The position numbers and the translations under genes were made by a program. From assembly GCA_050250895.1 (NCBI GenBank), contig JBFWNU010000001.1, forward strand, positions 1,838,884 to 1,902,883: a DNA stretch of 64,000 nucleotides, read 5' to 3'. The notes beneath the pieces were generated by a model, which saw only the letters and a list, made by a program, of their open reading frames with translations, did no database searches and was not told the DNA's origin. Every line of letters begins with the position of its first letter. Position 1 is the first letter of the stretch. The stretch is from Vulcanimicrobiota bacterium (GTDB taxonomy: Bacteria > Vulcanimicrobiota > Xenobia > Xenobiales > JADMJV01). Positions 56,818-64,000 of the stretch are shown here, one piece after another.

Positions 56818-58695
56818 TTGGCTGCCCAACCTCTCCGATATCGGGATTCGCTCAGTCTGTGGCTGGCTCTAGGCTTTAACTTCATGATGCTCGATGCGGC
56901 CTTCCGCCTCGACGGGCTACTCAGTTCGTTGTCGCCCGGGCAGATCGCCGTGGGCGGCTCGTTCGTCTTCTTACTGGTGCTAGCTGGTTGCGCCCTGGCC
57001 GCTCTGCCGTGCTGGTGGCTCGAGAAGAAGCTGGAGCACCAGCGTCCCTGGCGTCTCACCATGACCGTGGTGGGCCTGTTGATCGCCTATCTCAATACCC
57101 TCTATCTTAAGTTCTATTTGCGGGTGACGGCGCTACCCGACACTCGTCAATTGCTGGTCGTGGTGAGCCTGGTGCTGGTCCTGGCGTTGGTGATCGTGGT
57201 GCTGGTGAGTTTGAAGGTCTCCCTCGAGCAGTTTCGTGACCAACTCGATTTTCTCTATTGGGCCAGCCTGGGGTTGAGTGTCCTGGCGGTGGTCTGCCTT
57301 GGGTGGGCTTTGGTCGCCCACCATTCCTATGAGTCTGGTTTCGCCCCCAAAGACCGCCCCCACGTGGTGTTGCTGAGCTTTGACTCGCTGACGGCGACTC
57401 ACATGTCCCTCTACGGCTACCAGCGCGAGACGACTCCCTTTCTGGAGCGGCTCGCTCAGGAGTCGACCGTTTTCGAGCGGGCCATCTCGAACGCCGACCA
57501 CACCCCCGAGGGTCTCACCGCCCTCATCGGCGCTTACCCTATGGGGGATGCCCTGCTCGAGCCCGAGCACACCGTCTTGCCTTTGCTCGAGCAGGCCGGC
57601 TATCAGCAGCGCGTGCTCTACTCTTTCATGTGGGGCGGTCCCAACTTTCGACGGGGCTTTACCCGCCTGGACAAAGTGGAGCGCTCGGAAACCACCGGGC
57701 TGGTCCGCTTCTTGAAGACCGCTGTAGGGCGCCAGAACGTGATGTGGCTGACCACGCTGCTGAGTCTCGATTCGCGTTCTTACAATCTCTGGCACCCTCA
57801 GGACCCCCGGGATCGATTTTATCCAGCCATCGACCCCTACCCGCTGCCCGAAACCATGGACGCTACCCTGGAGACCCTCAAACGAGCGCCGGGGCCGGCC
57901 CTGGTTTGGGCCCATCTGTGGCAGCCTCACGCCAACTACTGTCCCTATCCGGGCTTTGTCTCCCCCTTCGGCGACCAGCCGGCCGACAAGTTCGACGGAG
58001 TGGTGGCCTTTGTCGACAGCGAAGTCGAGCGATTCGTCACGGGCCTGAAAGAAGCGGGCCTGTGGGAGAAGACCCTGCTGATCATCACCGCCGACCACGG
58101 TGAATCGTTCGGTGAAGAGAACCCCGAATGCGTGGGACACTTTCACGGACCCGACTGGTTCAACCCGGCCGTCACTCATATCCCGTTGATCTTTCACGCC
58201 CCCGGCCAGACCGCCGGCAGCCGACCCCAGACCTTTGCCGATCAGATGGACATTGCCCCCACTCTGCTGGAAATGCTGGGAATCGCGATTCCCGAATGGA
58301 TGCCCGGCGAGTCGCTGGTGCCCTACTTTGACGACCCGACCCGCATGAGCAGTCGGTTACGTCTGTCTATCCCCTCGTCCTGGCACTTGCGCAAGACCGA
58401 CCCGCTAGTGCCTTTGCCGGCCCTGTGGGCCTTCGGTGATCGCGAGATGTTTCTGGCCCATTGGAGCCGCTATCGGGTGGGCTGGATGCAGAGCTATCAG
58501 CCGCGTCCCGACAAGCCTTCGCGCATCGATATTTTCAAGGACTTCGGCTTCACCGCCATCTACGACCTGGTGGGTGACCCTGAACTGAGTCGCAATCTGC
58601 TGGCCAAACCGTCTGGACAACTCGACAACCAGCAACTGCTGGATCAGGTCTATCAGGATCCGGTGGTGACCCGCTTGCGAGCAGCAAAGCCTTGA
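56818..58695 (+). CDS. Membrane-anchored alkaline-phosphatase-superfamily (sulfatase-like/LtaS-like) protein
   Basis: About 5 N-terminal TMs; VVLLSFDSL, DHTPEG (Thr nucleophile), HLWQPH, ITADHGE. Confidence 0.8.
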   Translation: MAAQPLRYRDSLSLWLALGFNFMMLDAAFRLDGLLSSLSPGQIAVGGSFVFLLVLAGCALAALPCWWLEKKLEHQRPWRLTMTVVGLLIAYLNTLYLKFYLRVTALPDTRQLLVVVSLVLVLALVIVVLVSLKVSLEQFRDQLDFLYWASLGLSVLAVVCLGWALVAHHSYESGFAPKDRPHVVLLSFDSLTATHMSLYGYQRETTPFLERLAQESTVFERAISNADHTPEGLTALIGAYPMGDALLEPEHTVLPLLEQAGYQQRVLYSFMWGGPNFRRGFTRLDKVERSETTGLVRFLKTAVGRQNVMWLTTLLSLDSRSYNLWHPQDPRDRFYPAIDPYPLPETMDATLETLKRAPGPALVWAHLWQPHANYCPYPGFVSPFGDQPADKFDGVVAFVDSEVERFVTGLKEAGLWEKTLLIITADHGESFGEENPECVGHFHGPDWFNPAVTHIPLIFHAPGQTAGSRPQTFADQMDIAPTLLEMLGIAIPEWMPGESLVPYFDDPTRMSSRLRLSIPSSWHLRKTDPLVPLPALWAFGDREMFLAHWSRYRVGWMQSYQPRPDKPSRIDIFKDFGFTAIYDLVGDPELSRNLLAKPSGQLDNQQLLDQVYQDPVVTRLRAAKP

Positions 58696-59834
58696 TATCT
58701 GGCCTCAAGAATCTGGCCATCGAGCTGCTGACGCGCGTCCGTATCGACAGCAATCCGGCCGAAGAACGAGCCTTCATGGTCTACAGCGAAGACCGTGCGT
58801 CTTATCTGCAGTTTGGCCCCTATCTCGAGGCGCTCGAGGGGTGCAGGGTACTGTATCTCACCTCGGCCCCTGACGACCCGTTGCTCAAGAGCAGCCCTGA
58901 CCATCTTACGGTGGGGTATCTACGCTGGCTGGCTCCCAATTTTCTGGCCGGAACCGACGCCCGCCTGCTGATGGTGACGATGCCCGAACTCGGCTGCCCC
59001 GGCGCCCCCCGCCCCCAGAAGACCCGCTGCGTTTATATCTTTCACTCGCTGATCAGTGTGCACATGGGCTATCCCGAGGGGGCCTTCGATCACTATGACG
59101 ACTTCTTTTGCACCGGTCCCCACCATCAGCAAGAGCTAGAGAAGCGCTTCGCCGATCTTGGCCGACCACCACCCCGGCTCCACCAGGTCGGCTATGCCAA
59201 GCTCGACGCCATCCACGCTGAGCATCAGACCTATGCGCCGCGCCATCCCGAGCTGGAAACCGTGCTGGTGGCGCCCTCCTGGGCCACCGAGAACATTCTC
59301 TCGCTCTATGGCACCGAGCTGGTGCGTCAGTTGCTGGGGGCCGGTTACCGGGTGGTGGTGAGACCTCATCCCTGCTTTTTTCAGAGCCTCTACCCCGAAG
59401 GCCAGAAGGTGGTGGCCGACCTCGAGCGAGCGTTTGGCGGAGACTCGCGCTTCGTGCTCGAGAAGACCATCCACGGCAACGACTCGTTTCATGAGGCGGC
59501 GCTGATGATCGGCGACTGGTCGGGGGCCGCCTTCGAGTACGCTTTTGCCACGGCCCGACCCGTGCTGTTCGTGGATACCCCGCCCAAGGTGCGAAACCCT
59601 AACTGGAAGGCCTGCGGACTGCCGGTCTTCGAGGACGTTACTCGCTATGAGGTGGGGCGGGTGGTGGGGGGGTTGGATGGTCTGTTGGCCACCGTCAAAG
59701 AACTGCTGGGCGAAGGCGACGAGGGCCGCTCGCGGCGCCGGGCCCTGCGCCAGGAAAAGGTCTATCACTTCGGAAGTAGCGCCGAAGTCGGGGCCCGGCT
59801 CTTGGAACAGCTGTTGGCAGAAGGAAAGTCGTGA
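58692..59834 (+). CDS. CDP-glycerol glycerophosphotransferase-family protein
   Basis: IFHSL, GYAKLD, VLVAPSW, VRPHP, IGDWSGAAFEYA, RPVLF. Confidence 0.8.
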   Translation: MISGLKNLAIELLTRVRIDSNPAEERAFMVYSEDRASYLQFGPYLEALEGCRVLYLTSAPDDPLLKSSPDHLTVGYLRWLAPNFLAGTDARLLMVTMPELGCPGAPRPQKTRCVYIFHSLISVHMGYPEGAFDHYDDFFCTGPHHQQELEKRFADLGRPPPRLHQVGYAKLDAIHAEHQTYAPRHPELETVLVAPSWATENILSLYGTELVRQLLGAGYRVVVRPHPCFFQSLYPEGQKVVADLERAFGGDSRFVLEKTIHGNDSFHEAALMIGDWSGAAFEYAFATARPVLFVDTPPKVRNPNWKACGLPVFEDVTRYEVGRVVGGLDGLLATVKELLGEGDEGRSRRRALRQEKVYHFGSSAEVGARLLEQLLAEGKS

Positions 59835-60634
59835 AAGCCAGCTATCTTCGCTACTATCAGAAGCACTCGCCGCTAGCGGCGATGGTCTTTCTTTGGGACA
59901 GCCTCTTCCTCAAGTCCAAAGTGGCCCGCCTGTCGCTGGCCAATCGCCAGCAAGACTATGTGGCCCTGGCCGACCAACCCGACCTGCTCAAGCTGCACCA
60001 CGATCTGCACCAGATGGTGCTCGAGGCCAGTCAGCAGTGGGGCAGCTACGACTATGGCGAGGGCTATTTCTATCAGAGTAGCCCCGAGCTAGGCATTCGC
60101 GGCTTGCGGGACACCAGGGCCCGCCTCGAGGGGATGGAGCTCAAACGCTGGTTGGCCGGTAAGAGCGTGCTCGAGATCGGCTGCAATTCTGGTTTTCTGG
60201 GGCTGGCCGTGGCGGCCTTCGCGAGTCACCTTACCGGCTTTGACATCAACCCCCACCTGGTGGCCATGGCCAACCGGGCCGCTCAGTATCTAGGTCGGCA
60301 GAATGCCACCTTCACCGCATCTTCTTTCGAGGATTTCGACTGCTCACAAAGATTCGAGGCGGTGCTCTCGTTTGCCAACCATTCGACCTATGACCAGAAC
60401 ACCCGGCAATCGATCGAGCAATACCTCGACCGCTGTGTGGGGTTGCTCGAGCCTGAGGGACTCTTTCTCTTCGAGTCGCATCCTCCCGAGCTAGAGGGAG
60501 AGTCGCTGGCTCACGTGCTCGAGCTGATCGGTGAGCGCTTCGAAGTGCTCGAGACCCGCGTGCTCAAGGCCGGCTCGTTCATGGACAAAGAACGTACCTA
60601 TCTGGTCGGCCGCCGCAAGAGCGGCGAGTCATAG
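59831..60634 (+). CDS. Class I SAM-dependent methyltransferase
   Basis: VLEIGCNSG, GFDIN, LLEPEG. Confidence 0.85.
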   Translation: MKASYLRYYQKHSPLAAMVFLWDSLFLKSKVARLSLANRQQDYVALADQPDLLKLHHDLHQMVLEASQQWGSYDYGEGYFYQSSPELGIRGLRDTRARLEGMELKRWLAGKSVLEIGCNSGFLGLAVAAFASHLTGFDINPHLVAMANRAAQYLGRQNATFTASSFEDFDCSQRFEAVLSFANHSTYDQNTRQSIEQYLDRCVGLLEPEGLFLFESHPPELEGESLAHVLELIGERFEVLETRVLKAGSFMDKERTYLVGRRKSGES

Positions 60635-61392
60635 AATCTGGCCAGCTCGCCCTTTTCGAGCAGAGCATGATAGATGTCGAGGTCCTGCCCCGAGTCGACC
60701 TCGAGCCAGCCGTTGTCGACCTGGGCGGCGGCCACCTGCCAGCCACGGTCGATGAGATGCTGGAGAAAGCTGGTCATGAACATGTTGTCGAAGTCGCGGC
60801 CGTCGTAGCGAGCCTGGCGGTCGAGGCTATCATAGGCCTGGCAAAAGGCCTCGAGGTGGTCGGCTCGGACCTTGATGAGGCCCATATACTGCCCCTCGAT
60901 CTCGTGATAGTCGCGGGGCTTTTTGCCCAGCTCGACGATGAAGCCGTTACGCAGCTTGAGGGTTTCGGCGTCGGCCAGGGGGTCGTCCATGCGAATCTGC
61001 CAGTAGTCGCGCCACCGACGGTCGATGCCCAGCACCAGCGGGGCATCGGTTCGCCGCACCGCTTCGAGGACCCGGGGCTCGTAGACGAGGTCGGCATAGG
61101 CGATGAGTACGTCCTGGTCGCCCGCTAGCTGGGTCCGGGCGCAAAAGAGGCTGGCTACCATGTTGGTGGTGGCGAAGTCGGGGTTGGGTAAAACCGGCAG
61201 CCCCCAGCGCTCAAGCTGGTCTTTGCGATAGCCTCCCACCAGATAGACTTCCGTGACGCCAATCTCGCCCAGGGCCCAGAGCTGGTATTCGAGCAGGGGA
61301 TGGCCGGCTAGCGGGACCAGGCACTTCGGTCGGTCGTCGGTCAGGGGCGCAAGTCGCGTTCCCTGGCCGGCGGCCAGGATGATAGCTTTCAT
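60598..61392 (-). CDS. NTP transferase (phosphocholine/phosphoglutamine cytidylyltransferase family)
   Basis: MKAIILAAGQGTRL...RPKCL, TTNMVASL, YADL, WLEVD. Confidence 0.88.
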   Translation of the reverse strand: MKAIILAAGQGTRLAPLTDDRPKCLVPLAGHPLLEYQLWALGEIGVTEVYLVGGYRKDQLERWGLPVLPNPDFATTNMVASLFCARTQLAGDQDVLIAYADLVYEPRVLEAVRRTDAPLVLGIDRRWRDYWQIRMDDPLADAETLKLRNGFIVELGKKPRDYHEIEGQYMGLIKVRADHLEAFCQAYDSLDRQARYDGRDFDNMFMTSFLQHLIDRGWQVAAAQVDNGWLEVDSGQDLDIYHALLEKGELARFYDSPLLRRPTR

Positions 61393-61985
61393 GGTTTGCT
61401 CCCTCGGAAGAACTGTTCGAGCCAGTCGCGATCGGGAAAGTTCGGCTCGCGCTCGGGGTGCCACATCACGGCCTGCAGTCGGTGGTGGGTGTGGCGCACG
61501 GCCTCGATGCTGCCGTCGGGGGCGCTGGCCACGGGTTGCAAACCCTCGCCCAGGCGCCCCAGGGCAAAGTTGTGAAAGCTGTTGACCGGACCGGTGAACA
61601 AGCCCTCGAGAGGGTGGCGGGTGGCGGTGTGGTCGGTGATGGCGGCCAGGCTGCCGCCAAAGAAGCAGTTGAGAAACTGCAGTCCGCGGCAGACTCCGAG
61701 CACGGGCAGGCCGCGCTCGAGGCAGGCCTGGGCCAGTTCGCCCTCGAGGGCGTCGCGCTCGGGGGCCGTGTTGGTGCCGCCGGGAAGGTCGGCCAGGTCG
61801 TTGCCGCCAGAAAGGATGAGCCCGTCGGCCAGGGCGGCGAAGTCGCCGGCTCGGGCGCGATTGGGGACGGGGATACACTGCATCGACAGCTGGGCGAGCA
61901 AGACCGTCCATTGTTGGTCGAGACAATCTCTCCGCTCGCCATAGCTGGCCACCACCTCGACTCGCTGGGTGACTACGATTCGCAT
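61389..61985 (-). CDS. Class I glutamine amidotransferase-like gamma-glutamyl hydrolase
   Basis: VTQRV...YGERRDCLDQ.W, LSGGND, GVCRG, WHPE. Confidence 0.88.
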   Translation of the reverse strand: MRIVVTQRVEVVASYGERRDCLDQQWTVLLAQLSMQCIPVPNRARAGDFAALADGLILSGGNDLADLPGGTNTAPERDALEGELAQACLERGLPVLGVCRGLQFLNCFFGGSLAAITDHTATRHPLEGLFTGPVNSFHNFALGRLGEGLQPVASAPDGSIEAVRHTHHRLQAVMWHPEREPNFPDRDWLEQFFRGSKP

Positions 61986-62031
61986 GGACTCTCCTTGCTA
62001 CAAGGCAGCGCCAAGTCCCTGTGCCAACCCC

Positions 62032-62874
62032 TCACGGGAAGAGCTTTCTCAGGGCCCGGGCCCGCAGGCGGGGGTGCATGAAGTGGTAGGTGACGCCCTC
62101 GTCGGCCGTCTGAGGCTGGGCCGGCCAACTGATCGGGTCTTGCCCGAGCAGGCGGGTGACCAGAAATTCGGCCCGTAACAACGGATCGCAAAAGCAGAAG
62201 AGGGCCCGATAGAGGGTTTGATCGTCGGGACGCTCGCCGAGTCTGAAAGTCAGAGCCGGAAAGTCGCCCGCAGCGATCAGGTCACCCATGTCGATGCCGG
62301 GAGCCATGAAGAAGGCCGACATCCCGGGACATCCTCGCACCAGCACCGACCACAGCAGTCCGTCGCCGCCACGCACATGGGGTAGATGGCCCGGGTGAAC
62401 GTGAACCATGGTCAGACCCGGTCGCTCGAGCAAGGCTCGGGGCACGATGCCTCCGCCCGTGAACAAAACCAGGCCTTTTCCGTGCAGGCGCTCGCTCAGG
62501 GCGGGGTCTTTGAAGTCGTCGACCAACACTCGCTCGACCGGTGCGAAGGCCTCCCATTCGAAATCGGAATACATCTCCTGATAGAGCTGAGCTGCGCCGG
62601 GGCACGCCTCGGCCAACCCCTGCCCGATGGCCTCGGCCAGGTCGGGGCGTTCGCGCCGCAGCTTAAGGGGCCAGAATAGCTGGGTCTGGGTCCCGACCGC
62701 CTCGGCGTAGCTGCGCCGCCAGCTGCCTGGCAACCATCGCCCCACGGGCTTTCCGGCCGAATTACGGGCCGCCACCATGAGCAAGATGCGGGCAAAACCG
62801 AGGCCGGCCTGGCGGGCGCGCACCAGATAGGCGCGGGCCTGGGGACCTTCATTGACCAGCACGGTGATGGGCAC
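62032..62874 (-). CDS. Formyltransferase-like protein
   Basis: HVHPGHLPHVRG and GIDMGDLI match the Formyl_trans_N pattern; start reset to GTG 62874. Confidence 0.6.
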   Translation of the reverse strand: MPITVLVNEGPQARAYLVRARQAGLGFARILLMVAARNSAGKPVGRWLPGSWRRSYAEAVGTQTQLFWPLKLRRERPDLAEAIGQGLAEACPGAAQLYQEMYSDFEWEAFAPVERVLVDDFKDPALSERLHGKGLVLFTGGGIVPRALLERPGLTMVHVHPGHLPHVRGGDGLLWSVLVRGCPGMSAFFMAPGIDMGDLIAAGDFPALTFRLGERPDDQTLYRALFCFCDPLLRAEFLVTRLLGQDPISWPAQPQTADEGVTYHFMHPRLRARALRKLFP

Positions 62875-62882
62875 GCGTCGCT

Positions 62883-63290
62883 CTATGGCAGCAGTTGTTC
62901 GAGCCAGCTCGACAGCTCCTCTCGAGCCTCGGTCTCGCCCTCGAGTTCGAGCGATTGCAGCGCGCCGTTGAGAGCCTTCAGGCTCAGGCCGAGCTGGTCG
63001 ACCTGAGCCCGCGGAACGAGGCGGAAATGTCCCAGCCACAGGGCCAGCAGGGCGCGTTCTCGGGGGTCGAGGGGCTCCGGCCGGGGAGGGGGCGTCCAGT
63101 CTCGCAGGTAGAATCGCAACACCCGCTTTTTGACCGCAATCTGACGACACAAGGCGTCGATAGCCCCGCGCTGCTCGAGCGCCCCGCCCACACCACGGCA
63201 CAGCTGAGGCACCGACACCTGGTCGGGGGGAGCGGTCACCAACGAATCGCTCTCGAGGCGAGTCCGCAGTTGCTCATAACCCTCAAGCAT
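62883..63290 (-). CDS. Hypothetical protein
   Basis: 135 aa ORF co-oriented with and directly upstream of the formyltransferase-like gene. Confidence 0.5.
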   Translation of the reverse strand: MLEGYEQLRTRLESDSLVTAPPDQVSVPQLCRGVGGALEQRGAIDALCRQIAVKKRVLRFYLRDWTPPPRPEPLDPRERALLALWLGHFRLVPRAQVDQLGLSLKALNGALQSLELEGETEAREELSSWLEQLLP

Positions 63291-63391
63291 TCGGGGGGCT
63301 TCGCTTTGAGGGTTGAATCTCCCGCCGAGACGCGATTACTAAAGGGTTTTGGGCCCGCCGAACCGAAGTTTTTGCGACCTGGAGGTGTAGC

Positions 63392-63646
63392 TTGGCCTAC
63401 TTGACCGTGACGTTTTTGGTGCTCAACCTGCTGCTGAGTGCGTTGCCGGCTCATGCCTATCTCGACCCCGGGTCGTTGGGACCCCTACAGCAGTTCGGTT
63501 TGATGATCGTCTACGGCATCTCGTCGATTTTCGTGCTCTTCTTCCGGCCGTTCAAGCTGTTTTTCATGAAGCTGTTCGGTAAAAAGCCGGCCCCGCCGGT
63601 CGCCAAAGAAGAGTCAGAAGAAGCCGATTCCGAGCCGGAAGTCTGA
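63392..63646 (+). CDS. Small membrane protein with AHAYLDPG motif
   Basis: GGAGG SD; signal-like segment, AHA-YLDPGS, TM helix, basic then acidic tail. Confidence 0.7.
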   Translation: MAYLTVTFLVLNLLLSALPAHAYLDPGSLGPLQQFGLMIVYGISSIFVLFFRPFKLFFMKLFGKKPAPPVAKEESEEADSEPEV

Positions 63647-63652
63647 CCGGGA

Positions 63653-63716
63653 GTTTACAAACTTTTTACAATTGGTGGTCCCGGACAACCTGTGTCCAAC
63701 CGCCCGACGCTATCCT
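63653..63716 (+). promoter_or_regulatory. Promoter conserved with that of the 55689 paralog
   Basis: GTTTAC-AAACT-TTTTAC, ACAAC, TCCAA and TATCCT at the same spacings as upstream of 55689. Confidence 0.6.
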
Positions 63717-63746
63717 CGTAGTAAGATTTTCGCGAGGAGAGTGACC

Positions 63747-64000
63747 GTGAATACCGCCAGTCGTCTGATCGAAGAGTTCGAAAGTGTAGTCCAAACCGTC
63801 CGCAGCTCCCCCCACGCAAATGCCGTGATGCCGGGCGTCATGGTCGTGCACAACAGTCCCCTCAACAGTTATCGCAACTCCGTAGCCGACGCCCGCATCA
63901 GCTATGCCGAGCGGGCCGCGTCGCCCAGGTTTCTCGACCGTGTCGACCGCTTGAACTTGCGCGAGACCAGCCGCAACACCGGAATGACCGTCACCCAGGA
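63747..64000 (+). CDS. Hypothetical protein, paralog of 55288-55689 (runs off window end)
   Basis: Hand translation MNTASRLIEEFESVVQTVRSSP...PGVMVVHN.PLN.YR.S..DARI...FLDRVDRLNLRETS; GAGGAG SD. Confidence 0.75.
   Translation, partial: MNTASRLIEEFESVVQTVRSSPHANAVMPGVMVVHNSPLNSYRNSVADARISYAERAASPRFLDRVDRLNLRETSRNTGMTVTQ

Noticed and set aside
1-64000. Selenoprotein (in-frame UGA), or a prophage/integrative element at either tRNA
   Set aside because: By eye, no gene is truncated at a Cys-equivalent TGA, and no integrase, tRNA 3'-end duplication or phage gene was seen. This was not an exhaustive search.

Overview
GC-rich bacterial chromosomal window, densely coding. Housekeeping genes: truD (partial), gltX, recJ-apt-[unknown]-rel-dtd, a stand-alone rpsR, thiamine diphosphokinase, serA, trpC, tRNA-Sec (selC) and tRNA-Ser(GCT). 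It also holds two cell-surface modification loci (31.0-36.2 kb lipid-carrier glycosylation; 56.8-63.6 kb with phosphoramidate-like enzymes), hydrolases without Sec signal peptides, and several apparently inactive enzyme paralogs. No integrase, transposase, phage or Cas gene was seen. The Terrabacteria-like gene order plus a secretin-type STN domain weakly suggests a lineage such as Eremiobacterota (inference only). Most unusual signals: (1) modular arrays of GNA-triloop hairpins joined by a constant purine linker, in inverted pairs that abut at 43.6-44.65 kb and flank an RRE/Tat/Cys-rich gene at 23.7-24.8 kb; (2) a promoter-driven tRNA-like RNA at about 55.85-55.98 kb whose acceptor stem is replaced by a long Y-RNA-like stem; (3) a GluRS pseudo-enzyme lacking HIGH and KMSKS; (4) two unknown paralogs with position-conserved promoters bracketing the 56-63.6 kb block. 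All protein family calls come from motifs read by eye, not from searches.
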